Shown here: piece after piece, positions 1 to 8,878 of the stretch
How the letters are laid out: every line of letters starts with the position of its first letter
Numbering within the stretch: position 1 is the first letter of the stretch
NCBI GenBank assembly: GCA_947168655.1
Contig: CAMVMU010000002.1
Location: 15,561-79,560 of the forward strand
DNA length: 64,000 nt
Direction: 5' to 3'
DNA from: an uncultured Oscillospiraceae bacterium
Lineage (GTDB): Bacteria > Bacillota > Clostridia > Oscillospirales > Oscillospiraceae
Notes under the pieces: model-generated
What the model was told of the DNA's origin: nothing
Seen by the model: the letters and a program-made list of their open reading frames with translations, nothing else
Database searches by the model: none
Translations under genes and position numbers: made by a program

Positions 1-14
1 GGCCTGACCGCTAC

Positions 15-2738
15 ATGGCCGCCGTCTACCCGGATCTGACCACCGCCATGGACTATCTCCGCCCCGACACGCTGATCTGCGTCAGCGACAGCGCAAGGGT
101 TGGCGAATCCCTGCGTGCCTTTCTATGGCAGCTGAAAGAGGATGTCTCTGCCGCTATGGAGGCGGGCTTTCTGTGTGGCGCTTTTGCGGATCTCGCCCTG
201 AGCGAGGGCGACTTGCAAAAGAAACTGGCGGATTTTGCCCTGTGCCAGCTGGAGAGCCTGCCCACCAGCCGCTGCCTGCTGCCGCCCAAAAGCCTGTGGC
301 AGATCGGCGCCAAGCAGCTGAGCTCCTACGGCGGCTCACTGGACACCGCCGCCACAGACATGGTCCACTACCTCACCGCCGGATATCGGGTGCTGGTGCT
401 GTGCGGCGGCGAGGTCAGAGCCCGCAATCTCCAAAACCTTCTGACCCAGCGGAAGATCCCCTCCGCTTTGGATTTTACCGGCGCGGAAACGCCCCAGCGG
501 GGCACCGTGCTCATCGGCATTGGCGCCCTCAGCGCCGGCAGTGAATACCCGGAGCTGAAGCTGGCGGTCCTCACCGAGGGCCAGCTGACCGCTCCCGTCA
601 GCGGCAAGGCCAAAAAGCCCCGCGCCAAACGGGACGACAGCCGCCGGAAGATTCAGTCCTACACCGATCTGACCCCCGGCGACCTGGTGGTCCACGTCCA
701 CCACGGCATCGGCCGCTTCGCCGGCATCATCCGCATGCCGGTGGACGGGGTAGAGAAGGATTATATCAAGATCAACTACGCCGGCACCGACTGTCTGTAC
801 GTACCCTGCACGTCCCTGGATCTGGTAAACAAATACATCGGCTCCGGCGGCGAGGACACGGAAAAGCCCGTGAAGCTCAACCGCCTGGGGGGCACCGAGT
901 GGGCCAAGACCACCTACCGCGCCAAGGCCGCCGCAAAGGACCTGGCCAAGGGCCTCATCGCCCTGTACGCCGAGCGCCAGCGGCTGGGGGGCTACGCCTT
1001 TTCACCGGACAGCCCGTGGCAGCGGGAGTTTGAGGACGCCTTCGAGTACGAGGAGACCGACGATCAGCTCACCGCCGCCGCCGAGATCAAGGCGGATATG
1101 GAAAAGCCTGTTCCCATGGACCGGCTGCTGTGCGGCGACGTGGGCTACGGCAAGACGGAGGTAGCCCTCCGGGCTGTGATGAAGTGCATCATGGACGGCA
1201 AGCAGGCAGCCCTGCTGGTTCCCACCACCGTGCTGGCCCAGCAGCACTACGCCACTGCGGTGAACCGCTTCCGCTCCTTCCCCGTCACCATTGAGGTGCT
1301 CTCCCGCTTCCGCAGTCCCAAGCAGCTGAAGGAAACGCTGGAGCGGACGAAGCAGGGGAGGGTGGACCTGCTGATCGGCACCCACAAGCTGCTGCAAAAA
1401 GGCGTGGAGTTCAAGGATCTGGGCCTGCTCATCATCGATGAGGAACAGCGCTTCGGCGTGGCCGCCAAGGAGCGGCTCCGTGAACGCAGCCGCCAGGTGG
1501 ACACCCTGACCCTCTCCGCCACCCCCATCCCCCGCACGCTGAACATGGCCCTCTCCGGGATCCGGGACATGAGCACCATCGAGCAGCCTCCTCACGACCG
1601 CCAGAGCGTCCAGACCTACGTGCTGGAGCACGACTGGGGCATCGTCATCGACGCCATCCGCCGGGAACTGGACCGGGGCGGACAGGTCTACTATCTCCAC
1701 AACCGGGTGGAGAACATCGACGCCACCGCTTCCCGCCTGCGCCAGCTGCTGGGGGAGGATGTGACTGTGGCCACTGCCCACGGCAAAATGGCCGAGGGGG
1801 ATCTGAGCCGCACCATGCAGCTGATGGCCGAGGGCGACATCCAGGTGCTGGTGTGCACCACCATCATCGAGACCGGCATCGACATCCCCAACGTCAACAC
1901 CCTCATCATAGAGGACGCCGACCGGCTGGGTCTCAGCCAGCTCCACCAGATCCGGGGCCGCATCGGCCGCAGTCCCCGCCGGGCATACGCCTACCTCACC
2001 TACCGCACCGGCAAGGTGCTGACGGAGGTGGCCGCCAAACGGCTGGGCGCCATCCGGGAGTACGTGGAGTTCGGCTCCGGCTTCAAAATCGCCATGCGGG
2101 ACCTGGAGATCCGGGGCGCCGGCAATCTGCTGGGCCCCGAACAGTCCGGCTATATGATGAGCGTGGGCTACGATATGTACCTCAAGCTGCTGAACGACGC
2201 CGTGCTGGAGCAGCAGGGCCTGGGTCACCGCAAGCGGCTGGAATGCTCCGCCGACCTGACCGTGGCCGCCCACATCCCCGATTGGTACGTGCCCTCCGCC
2301 CAACAGCGGATGGATCTCTACCGCCGCATCGCCGCCATCACTGCGGACGAGGACGCCGACGACCTCACCGACGAACTGCTGGACCGCTACGGCGACGTGC
2401 CAAAAAGTGTCCGCGCCCTGCTGGACGTGGCGCTGCTGCGCGCCGCCGCCGTGGAGGTGGCGATCACCGACGTGACCCAGAAGGGCCGTCAGCTCCTCTT
2501 CAGCTTTGCCGACACGCTGGACGTCACCGCGCTGATGGAACTGTGCGTCCAGCCCAGCTACCGCAGCCGTCTGCTGCTCTCCGCCGGAGAGCATCCCCGC
2601 CTGACCCTCTATCTCAAGGACGGCGAGGACGCGCTGACAGCCGCCGGAGAGCTGGTGAGCCGGCTGAAAACCCGACAGGACACCCACGAACAGGAAAAAA
2701 TGCCGCCACAGGACGGCGGAACAGGAGGCACCCCATGA
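15..2738 (+). CDS. mfd: Transcription-repair coupling factor Mfd (5' end probably upstream of the window)
   Basis: CarD-like RID (GDLVVHVHHGIGRF), SF2 motifs GDVGYGKTE, IIDEEQRFGV, TLSATPIPRT, QIRGRIGR, RDLEIRGAGNLLG; frame is open from the window edge. Confidence 0.97.
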   Translation: MAAVYPDLTTAMDYLRPDTLICVSDSARVGESLRAFLWQLKEDVSAAMEAGFLCGAFADLALSEGDLQKKLADFALCQLESLPTSRCLLPPKSLWQIGAKQLSSYGGSLDTAATDMVHYLTAGYRVLVLCGGEVRARNLQNLLTQRKIPSALDFTGAETPQRGTVLIGIGALSAGSEYPELKLAVLTEGQLTAPVSGKAKKPRAKRDDSRRKIQSYTDLTPGDLVVHVHHGIGRFAGIIRMPVDGVEKDYIKINYAGTDCLYVPCTSLDLVNKYIGSGGEDTEKPVKLNRLGGTEWAKTTYRAKAAAKDLAKGLIALYAERQRLGGYAFSPDSPWQREFEDAFEYEETDDQLTAAAEIKADMEKPVPMDRLLCGDVGYGKTEVALRAVMKCIMDGKQAALLVPTTVLAQQHYATAVNRFRSFPVTIEVLSRFRSPKQLKETLERTKQGRVDLLIGTHKLLQKGVEFKDLGLLIIDEEQRFGVAAKERLRERSRQVDTLTLSATPIPRTLNMALSGIRDMSTIEQPPHDRQSVQTYVLEHDWGIVIDAIRRELDRGGQVYYLHNRVENIDATASRLRQLLGEDVTVATAHGKMAEGDLSRTMQLMAEGDIQVLVCTTIIETGIDIPNVNTLIIEDADRLGLSQLHQIRGRIGRSPRRAYAYLTYRTGKVLTEVAAKRLGAIREYVEFGSGFKIAMRDLEIRGAGNLLGPEQSGYMMSVGYDMYLKLLNDAVLEQQGLGHRKRLECSADLTVAAHIPDWYVPSAQQRMDLYRRIAAITADEDADDLTDELLDRYGDVPKSVRALLDVALLRAAAVEVAITDVTQKGRQLLFSFADTLDVTALMELCVQPSYRSRLLLSAGEHPRLTLYLKDGEDALTAAGELVSRLKTRQDTHEQEKMPPQDGGTGGTP

Positions 2739-3784
2739 AAAAGATCCGTTTTCTCGCTTTCACCCTGATTGTTCTGCTGCTGGCCGCCATGCTGGCCGGC
2801 TGCGGACAGCGCAAGCCGGAGGGTCTCTTTGGCCAGGCCAGCGGTCTCGATCCCGCGTCCACCATTGCGGCCATCAACGGCCGGAACATCACCGTCGAAG
2901 AGTATCTGTACTGGCTGTCGTATCACTGTGAGACGATGGTCTCCGAGCGCGGCGATGTCGACTGGAACAAGGTCATCTCCGACGGCGTCACCTATGGCGA
3001 GTACGCCCGCCGCAGCGCACTGGCAACCGTGATCCAGTTTTCCGTGGCCCGCGACATCGCCGTAAAATATGACGTACGCCTTACCGATGAGGATCGCGCC
3101 CAGCTCCAGCAGAAAAAGGATGCGGACGTGCTGCGCTACGGCGGCGCCGACGGCTATCAGCGCCACCTGGACATGCTGGGCGTCAGCGAGGCGGCCTATG
3201 ACCGCATCAGCGAGAACTATCAGCTGGTCGCCCGTCTGGTGGAAACCGCCGGTACATACGGCAGCAGCCTCTATCCCTCTCAGGCTACGCTGGACGCCTT
3301 CATGAAGGGCCGGGACTACGCCACCGTCCGGCTCATCACCCTGCCCACCTCCGGCTTGGATGAGAATGGCCGCACCACCCAGGAGGCCCTTCTGACGGAA
3401 TGCGTCGACCAGATCCGCCAGGCGGAGGACCCCTGCGCCAAGATGGAGGAGCTGGCCAAATCCCTGGGCGTCACCGCAGACGCGGATCAGACCCTGGGTT
3501 CAGACGTCATTGACCTCACGCTGATGAGGGCCGTAAAGGAGCTGGAGACGGGTGAAGTCAGCGATGTGATCACCATTCCCAACGCCATGTGCATTGCGCT
3601 GCGCCGCCCGCTGGATGAGGGTGCCATCGCCCGGGACTGCTTCAGAAACCATCTGGCTCAGGAGCGGACAAGCGCCAAGGTTGAGGTCACCGAGAGCTAT
3701 AAGAATCTGGACGTTGGTAAGTTCTATACCGCACTGGTGGAACTGCGGCAGAACACCTTTGGGGATGATTCCGCTATAAAGTGA
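2735..3784 (+). CDS. Lipoprotein, PrsA/SurA-like foldase
   Basis: ATG at 2735 overlaps the mfd stop (ATGA); signal peptide with lipobox LAGC; SurA-like N-region (INGRNITVEEY) and parvulin-like tail (LETGEVSDVI). Confidence 0.7.
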   Translation: MKKIRFLAFTLIVLLLAAMLAGCGQRKPEGLFGQASGLDPASTIAAINGRNITVEEYLYWLSYHCETMVSERGDVDWNKVISDGVTYGEYARRSALATVIQFSVARDIAVKYDVRLTDEDRAQLQQKKDADVLRYGGADGYQRHLDMLGVSEAAYDRISENYQLVARLVETAGTYGSSLYPSQATLDAFMKGRDYATVRLITLPTSGLDENGRTTQEALLTECVDQIRQAEDPCAKMEELAKSLGVTADADQTLGSDVIDLTLMRAVKELETGEVSDVITIPNAMCIALRRPLDEGAIARDCFRNHLAQERTSAKVEVTESYKNLDVGKFYTALVELRQNTFGDDSAIK

Positions 3785-3805
3785 CGCAAAACCGTGATGA
3801 ATAGG

Positions 3806-3838
3806 GTAAAAGGGGCTGTTGTTAACAGCCCCTTTTAC
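3806..3838. terminator. Bidirectional intrinsic terminator
   Basis: GTAAAAGGGGCTGTT-GTT-AACAGCCCCTTTTAC palindrome between convergent genes. Confidence 0.85.
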
Positions 3839-4771
3839 TTATCTCCCAAAGAGCGGTGTGGAGAGATATCGTTCCCCGCCATCCGGCAGAAGGACCACCA
3901 CCGTTTTCCCCGCGTTTTGTGCCTCCCGTCCCACCTGGACCGCCGCCCACAGCGCCGCCCCGGCGGAGATCCCCGCCAGGATTCCCTCCTGCCGCGCCAG
4001 CAGCCGTGCGGCGGCGTACGCCGCCGTATCCGCCACAGAGATCACGCGGTCGATCAACGATACGTCCAGCACCTCCGGCACAAAGCCCGCCCCGATGCCC
4101 TGGATGCCGTGGGGTCCCGGCTCCCCGCCGGAGAGAACGGGGGACCCGGCGGGCTCCACCGCCACGATCTCCACAGCCGGATTTTTCTCGCGAAGGTATC
4201 TGCCTGTCCCGGTCAGCGTACCTCCTGTACCCACTCCCGCCACGAAAAGATCCACCGCGCCGCCCGTGTCCTCCCAGATCTCCGGACCGGTGGTGCGGTA
4301 GTGGGCGGCGGGATTGGACGGGTTGGAAAACTGGTCCGGAAGAAAGCTGTTCCTGACCTCTGCTGCCAGCTCCCGCGCCCGTTCAATGGCGCCCGGCATG
4401 CCTTTTGCCCCGTCCGTCAGCACCAGCTCCGCGCCGTAGGCGCGCACCATGGCGCGCCGCTCGGCGGACATGGTGTCCGGCATGACAATCACCGCCGAAT
4501 AACCCCGGGCGGCGGCAGCAGCGGCAAGGGCGATGCCCGTGTTGCCGGAGGTGGGCTCGATGACAACGCTGCCGGGACGCAGTGTTCCGGCGGCTTCCGC
4601 GTCATCCAGCATTGCCCAGGCCACACGGTCCTTAACGGATCCCGCCCCGTTAACCATTTCCAGCTTTCCCAGCAGCCGGGCACGTACGCCCTGGCGCTCG
4701 GCCAGGCGCTTCAGCTCCAGCAAAGGGGTATGCCCGATCAGGCGGCGAACAGATGAACAGATGGAAGACAT
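3839..4771 (-). CDS. cysK: Cysteine synthase A
   Basis: IGHTPL, SVKDRVA (PLP lysine), EPTSGNTG, GVGTGGT, HGIQGIGAGF, PDGGERYLST; start at MSSIC with GAGG RBS. Confidence 0.95.
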   Translation of the reverse strand: MSSICSSVRRLIGHTPLLELKRLAERQGVRARLLGKLEMVNGAGSVKDRVAWAMLDDAEAAGTLRPGSVVIEPTSGNTGIALAAAAAARGYSAVIVMPDTMSAERRAMVRAYGAELVLTDGAKGMPGAIERARELAAEVRNSFLPDQFSNPSNPAAHYRTTGPEIWEDTGGAVDLFVAGVGTGGTLTGTGRYLREKNPAVEIVAVEPAGSPVLSGGEPGPHGIQGIGAGFVPEVLDVSLIDRVISVADTAAYAAARLLARQEGILAGISAGAALWAAVQVGREAQNAGKTVVVLLPDGGERYLSTPLFGR

Positions 4772-4806
4772 GGGGAACCTCCTCTTTTTTCTGCAGTATA
4801 CGCGCA

Positions 4807-5039
4807 AAAGAACCGCCGGAGAACATCTCCGGCGGCCCCAGCTTGTCAAAAAAGCGGCGCTGCCGCTTTTTTGACAAGCTGGGGCGTTTTCCAAACTTTC
4901 AAACAAGTTCGGAAAACGGTGATTAAAAAGCTGAAAGACACCCCTGATAGGTTTCTTTCAGACTATCTTCCTTTCCGTCACCCAACGCTCGTCGGCCTTT
5001 TTTGACAGTCAAAGAACCGCCGGAGAACATCTCCGGCGG
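4807..5039. repeat. MITE-like 175-bp insertion flanked by a 29-bp direct repeat of a terminator hairpin
   Basis: AAAGAACCGCCGGAGAACATCTCCGGCGG at 4807-4835 and 5011-5039; internal ends TGTCAAAAAA...TTTTTTGACA; hairpin 4836-4884. Confidence 0.65.
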
Positions 5040-5043
5040 TTCT
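5012..5043 (-). terminator. Intrinsic terminator after the DIP1984 gene and its 3' RNA
   Basis: AGAACCGCCGGAGA-ACA-TCTCCGGCGGTTCT hairpin. Confidence 0.7.
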
Positions 5044-5066
5044 CAAATGTTAAATTGTGATGGAAC

Positions 5067-5270
5067 GCGGAAAGGCCCCATGCCCACCCTCGTCCGGCGG
5101 CCAATGCTGGGTCATACGTTGTACGCGGTATCGGTACGGGTATACGCGGTCAGGGCATAACGATACAACGGGGATTCGGACCCCGTGCCGGCCCGGCGGC
5201 ACACCACCTGTGTGGACTCATTCTCAGCCACAGAGATCGCATTCGCTCCGCAGGACTACCATCTTTCCGC
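5067..5270 (-). ncRNA. Candidate structured ncRNA downstream of the DIP1984-family gene
   Basis: Three nested closing stems, a T-arm-like hairpin GGGG-UCCGAAU-CCCC and a GUA-repeat tract; no credible ORF. Confidence 0.55.
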
Positions 5271-5276
5271 ATTTGT

Positions 5277-5726
5277 TTACAGGTCGGTGGTCCAGTTTGT
5301 CTGCTGGATGGTGTTGTCCAGCAGCCGCAGCTGATGGGACATGGCGTCCACCTGTTTTTGCAGCGCGGCCACGTCCACGGTGCTCAGCACCTTGATCTCC
5401 GTTCCCCTGGCGCGGTATGCGGTCTGGCTGGCGTTATCCAGCAGCTGGCGATACGCGCCGATCTGCACCGTCAGGCAATCCCTGTGAGCCAGCAGCTCCG
5501 TCAGCGTCCTGCCGTCCACCGTGGTACGGCAGTTGGCCAGGTTGATCTGGGTGATCCGTTCCTCCAGTGCCGCCACGCAGCGGTCCAATTCGGACAGCAG
5601 CTCCGCGGGATCCTCGGCGGGACGCTCCCCTTCCTGCACCGTGGCGTTGGCAGCCAGCCGGCTGCGCAGGTCCGCGATCAGGCGGTTCAGGTCCGCGCGC
5701 TCCTGCAATGCCTCTGCCAGTTTCAT
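5277..5726 (-). CDS. DIP1984-family (septicolysin-like) coiled-coil protein
   Basis: MKLAEAL..RADL, VQEGERPAEDP, IQQTNWTTDL signature; GGAGG RBS before the ATG at 5726. Confidence 0.85.
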   Translation of the reverse strand: MKLAEALQERADLNRLIADLRSRLAANATVQEGERPAEDPAELLSELDRCVAALEERITQINLANCRTTVDGRTLTELLAHRDCLTVQIGAYRQLLDNASQTAYRARGTEIKVLSTVDVAALQKQVDAMSHQLRLLDNTIQQTNWTTDL

Positions 5727-5850
5727 ATGTCTTCCTCCCTGCATGAAATTCTTGTTCACAGCATAGCACAACCGAGCCCGCCGCGCAAGGGTGCGAGGCC
5801 TTGACGCAATGCTTTCCTGAAAACTTCTCCAAAATCCCCGGAAATTTCTA

Positions 5851-5879
5851 TTGACAAATGGGGGCGAGCGTGTTAATAT
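5851..5879 (+). promoter_or_regulatory. Sigma-A promoter of the tRNA pair
   Basis: TTGACA, 17-bp spacer, TAATAT with upstream TG. Confidence 0.8.
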
Positions 5880-5894
5880 AGCCAAGCTGGACAT

Positions 5895-5970
5895 GCTGGT
5901 GTAGCTCAGCTGGTAGAGCAGCTGATTTGTAATCAGCAGGTCGGGGGTTCGAATCCGTCCACCAGCTCCA
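5895..5970 (+). tRNA. tRNA-Thr(TGT)
   Basis: 76-nt cloverleaf, anticodon arm GCTGA-TTTGTAA-TCAGC, GTTCGAATC T-loop, CCA end. Confidence 0.97.
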
Positions 5971-5979
5971 ATTTTATAT

Positions 5980-6064
5980 GGGGGATTTCCCGAGTGGCCA
6001 AAGGGGACAGACTGTAAATCTGCTGGCGATGCCTTCGGTGGTTCGAATCCACCATCCCCCACCA
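5980..6064 (+). tRNA. tRNA-Tyr(GTA)
   Basis: 85 nt with long variable arm, anticodon loop CTGTAAA, GGTTCGAATCC, CCA end. Confidence 0.97.
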
Positions 6065-6094
6065 GAAAAACGCACGCTTCGGCGTGCGTTTTTC
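6065..6094 (+). terminator. Terminator after the tRNAs
   Basis: GAAAAACGCACGC-TTCG-GCGTGCGTTTTTC. Confidence 0.85.
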
Positions 6095-6255
6095 AATGAT
6101 GTTTGCCCTGTCGGGCAAAATGATGCTGCCCTCGGCAATGAGGTGTGCTGCGGCACATAAAGGCAAACAACGCATCATAGATCGCGCAGCGGCCTGCATC
6201 ATTTCGGAGCGCATGCGGAGAAACATCATCAGCCGCCAAAGGCGGCATCATTTCA
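6095..6255. repeat. REP-like multi-hairpin intergenic element
   Basis: Three AATGA(T/G)G units on the left and four CATCAT units on the right, separated by small GC hairpins. Confidence 0.5.
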
Positions 6256-6342
6256 TTTTTATGGATTCGAAGCCATCTTTTTTGTTGTTTCCCGGCGCTT
6301 CATTTTTCTAAAACCAAAGGGGATCATTGTTCAAGGCGCTGT

Positions 6343-6390
6343 AAATATCAAAGGGCTGCTGCAGGTACCTGCAGCAGCCCTTTGATATTT
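6343..6390. terminator. Long palindromic terminator
   Basis: AAATATCAAAGGGCTGCTGCAGGTACCTGCAGCAGCCCTTTGATATTT. Confidence 0.8.
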
Positions 6391-6420
6391 TGCGATTTCC
6401 CCTAACGCTCCCGCCGCGGT

Positions 6421-7056
6421 TTAATTCAGACTCCAAAAAGGTCTGCCGTAACGCTGCTTGAAGTAGTTTGTATAGGCCATGCCTCTCCCGTTATTCTTGA
6501 TAAAGTAGCAGTCCTGCTGCACGTTGCTTGTCAGATAGAAGTCGTCCAGCGCTTTGTTGATCAACCCGTCGTTGATGCCAACCAGATAAGCCGCGTTGGC
6601 GCCGATGGGATCAGATCCCGCCCCATCAACAAAGACGATTCTCTCCTCTTCCGGCGTTTCGATACAGGAAGAACAGAATATCCCGGCTTCCATCGTCATG
6701 GCAGGTTTGCAGTTCGGGTCATGAATGGCCGGGTCTGTTGTGAGATGCCGCTGCAGCCACTCGTAACTATACGTGCGGTCCATCACGGCGGAATCGCCCA
6801 TGACACGCCCGATGTAATCTCCGCTCTTATTGTACACGCGGCCGTCGCTGCCGTATCTTCCCAGCTGGGCCACGTCATCGCGATAATAGACAACGCCATC
6901 CTTGAAGCTGACGATCAGTTTGCCGCTCATGTCAAGCAACTGACCTCTGCCGTTTTTTGAAGGAGCGCGGCTCGTTCCGGATCCACCGGAGCTGGTATTT
7001 TTGTTGCTGTTCACAATAATCAGAATGATGATAACAATGATGATGATATACCCCAT
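6421..7056 (-). CDS. Hypothetical membrane-anchored protein
   Basis: Start MGYIIIIVIIILIIV (TM anchor), Ser/Gly linker, short G-x-V-Y repeats; GAGAGGG RBS. Confidence 0.7.
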   Translation of the reverse strand: MGYIIIIVIIILIIVNSNKNTSSGGSGTSRAPSKNGRGQLLDMSGKLIVSFKDGVVYYRDDVAQLGRYGSDGRVYNKSGDYIGRVMGDSAVMDRTYSYEWLQRHLTTDPAIHDPNCKPAMTMEAGIFCSSCIETPEEERIVFVDGAGSDPIGANAAYLVGINDGLINKALDDFYLTSNVQQDCYFIKNNGRGMAYTNYFKQRYGRPFWSLN

Positions 7057-7363
7057 GCTGACCCTCTCTTCCTTCTGAATCCTGTGACGTTGCGGGCATC
7101 GCGCACAATCATCCTGTGAGCCGAAACGTCCATTCACAAAGTGTCTCGTTAGACACATTATACCAAACAAACGGCGAAAAGTACAGAACATAATGGTGGG
7201 ATTGTTGAACGCGGGAACAGCCGGGGCTCTCTTGTTCCGGTCGGTGTTTCTTTTGTCCGCCTTCTGTGTTATAATTGCCGCAAGACGGCTATTATACTTA
7301 ATTTATGCGTCAATTTCTCGCCGCCAAAGGCGGCAACCGAAATGGGTCCGGGAGGTGACGGGC

Positions 7364-8083
7364 ATGTCCCGATACAAGCACTACATCTTTGACCTGTACG
7401 GTACGCTGGTGGATATCCGTACCGATGAAACGGGGCGGCGGCTATGGCAGCTGGCGGCTCTCTATTACGCCGGACACGGGGCGCGTTATGCGGCGGCTGA
7501 GCTGCGGCGGGCCTATCTCCGGCTTTGCGCGGCGGAACAGAAAAAAGATCCGGATCCATACTATGAGTTTGATCTGCGGCAGGTCTTTCGCGCGCTCTAT
7601 GAGGAGAAAGGCGTTTTCCCGGATCAACGGCTGATTGCCGACACGGCGTGGTTTTTCCGCCTGACCTCCACCAAAAAACTGCGGCTCTACCCGTGGGTGC
7701 TGCCTGTTTTTGCCCGCATCCGGCGCGGCGGCGCAGACATCTACCTGTTGAGCAACGCCCAGGCCTGCTTCACGGTGCCGGAGCTACGCGCTCTGGGTCT
7801 GGACGGCGCTTTTGACGGTGTGGTGCTGTCCTCCGACACCGGTGTACGCAAGCCCGATCCGGCCATCATGGGCCGTTTGCTCAAAACCTGGGATCTCGAT
7901 CCGGCGGACTGTCTCATGACCGGCAACGATCGCTATGCCGATGTGGCGGTTGCCCGGTCCTGCGGCGTGGACTGCCTTTATATCCAAACGGAGACCTCCG
8001 GTCCCTTCGATCCCGCTTTCCTGGCCGACCGCGAGCTGACAGACGGCAACTTTTCCCGATTGCCGGAATTGCTGGGACTGTGA
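7364..8083 (+). CDS. HAD-family hydrolase
   Basis: FDLYGTLVD, LLSNA, KPDP, MTGND motifs; GGAGG RBS. Confidence 0.9.
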   Translation: MSRYKHYIFDLYGTLVDIRTDETGRRLWQLAALYYAGHGARYAAAELRRAYLRLCAAEQKKDPDPYYEFDLRQVFRALYEEKGVFPDQRLIADTAWFFRLTSTKKLRLYPWVLPVFARIRRGGADIYLLSNAQACFTVPELRALGLDGAFDGVVLSSDTGVRKPDPAIMGRLLKTWDLDPADCLMTGNDRYADVAVARSCGVDCLYIQTETSGPFDPAFLADRELTDGNFSRLPELLGL

Positions 8084-8116
8084 CCGTATCCACCGGGATC
8101 CATGGTTGAAAACGTT

Positions 8117-8158
8117 AAAGGCTGCCGCCGCGAAATTCGCGGCGGCAGCCTTTCTTTT
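8117..8158. terminator. Bidirectional terminator
   Basis: AAAGGCTGCCGCCGCGAA-A-TTCGCGGCGGCAGCCTTT. Confidence 0.85.
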
Positions 8159-8169
8159 CATTTAACGGC

Positions 8170-8616
8170 TTAACCCTCGATCATAATGGTCTTGCGTTCG
8201 GGCAGGCGCTTGTCATCCTCCTTGGGGAAGCGCAGCGTCAGCACGCCGTTTTCGAACCGGGCCTTCACGTCCTCCTCCCGGATGGTGGAGCCCACGTAAT
8301 AGCTTCTGCTCATGGAGCCGGAGTAGCGCTCCTGATGGACCATGCGGCCCTTCTTGTCCTTGCCATCCTCCTCCAGCGCCTTGGCAGCGCTGATGGTCAG
8401 GTACCCGTTGTCCAGCTGCAGCTGGATCTCATCCTTCTTGAAGCCGGGCAGATCGATGGCCAGCTCATAGCCGTCATCATGCTCCTTCAGGTCCGTCTTC
8501 ATCATGTGAGCGGCGTGCTTGCCGTACAGCTTGCGGTCCACGTCGTCTGTAAAAGTGCGGAAGGGGAAGCCCATCCAATCATCAAACAAACTCTCTCCAA
8601 AAATACTCGGCAACAT
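8170..8616 (-). CDS. Small heat-shock protein (Hsp20/alpha-crystallin)
   Basis: IDLPGFKKDEI, ERYSGSMSRS, ARFENGVLTLRFPK. Confidence 0.95.
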   Translation of the reverse strand: MLPSIFGESLFDDWMGFPFRTFTDDVDRKLYGKHAAHMMKTDLKEHDDGYELAIDLPGFKKDEIQLQLDNGYLTISAAKALEEDGKDKKGRMVHQERYSGSMSRSYYVGSTIREEDVKARFENGVLTLRFPKEDDKRLPERKTIMIEG

Positions 8617-8713
8617 ACGTCATTCCTCCTTTTAACGATGTACACATTCACATGTCGCCTGAGCAAGGGGATGGAGGTCATTCATCCGATCTCTATTCCT
8701 CTGTTCGATTGTG

Positions 8714-8755
8714 ATTATAGCACCATTTTTAGCACTGTCAAGTGTTGAGTGCTAA
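8714..8755 (-). promoter_or_regulatory. CIRCE (HrcA operator) overlapping the sigma-A promoter of hsp20
   Basis: TTAGCACTG-N9-GAGTGCTAA at 8729-8755 (one mismatch to CIRCE); minus-strand TTGACA 8741-8736 and TATAAT 8719-8714. Confidence 0.9.
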
Positions 8756-8825
8756 TTATATTGTAAACAATTTGTGACCAAATATGTAACCCGTGCGGGA
8801 TGTATATTTTTCCAAAGATGAGCAG

Positions 8826-8862
8826 CAAAAACGCTCCCCCGGAAAACCGGGGGAGCGCTTTC
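8826..8862 (-). terminator. Terminator after the relB-like gene
   Basis: CGCTCCCC-CGGAAAACCG-GGGAGCG hairpin with flanking A/T runs. Confidence 0.7.
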
Positions 8863-8878
8863 AAAAGACGGGATCATT

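Noticed and set aside
1853-2734. N-terminal extension of the 643-aa ORF
   Set aside because: Out-of-frame overlap with mfd; the real start is ATG 2735 with a signal peptide
5727-6062. Long N-terminus of the DIP1984 ORF
   Set aside because: Antisense to two tRNA genes; the RBS supports a start at 5726
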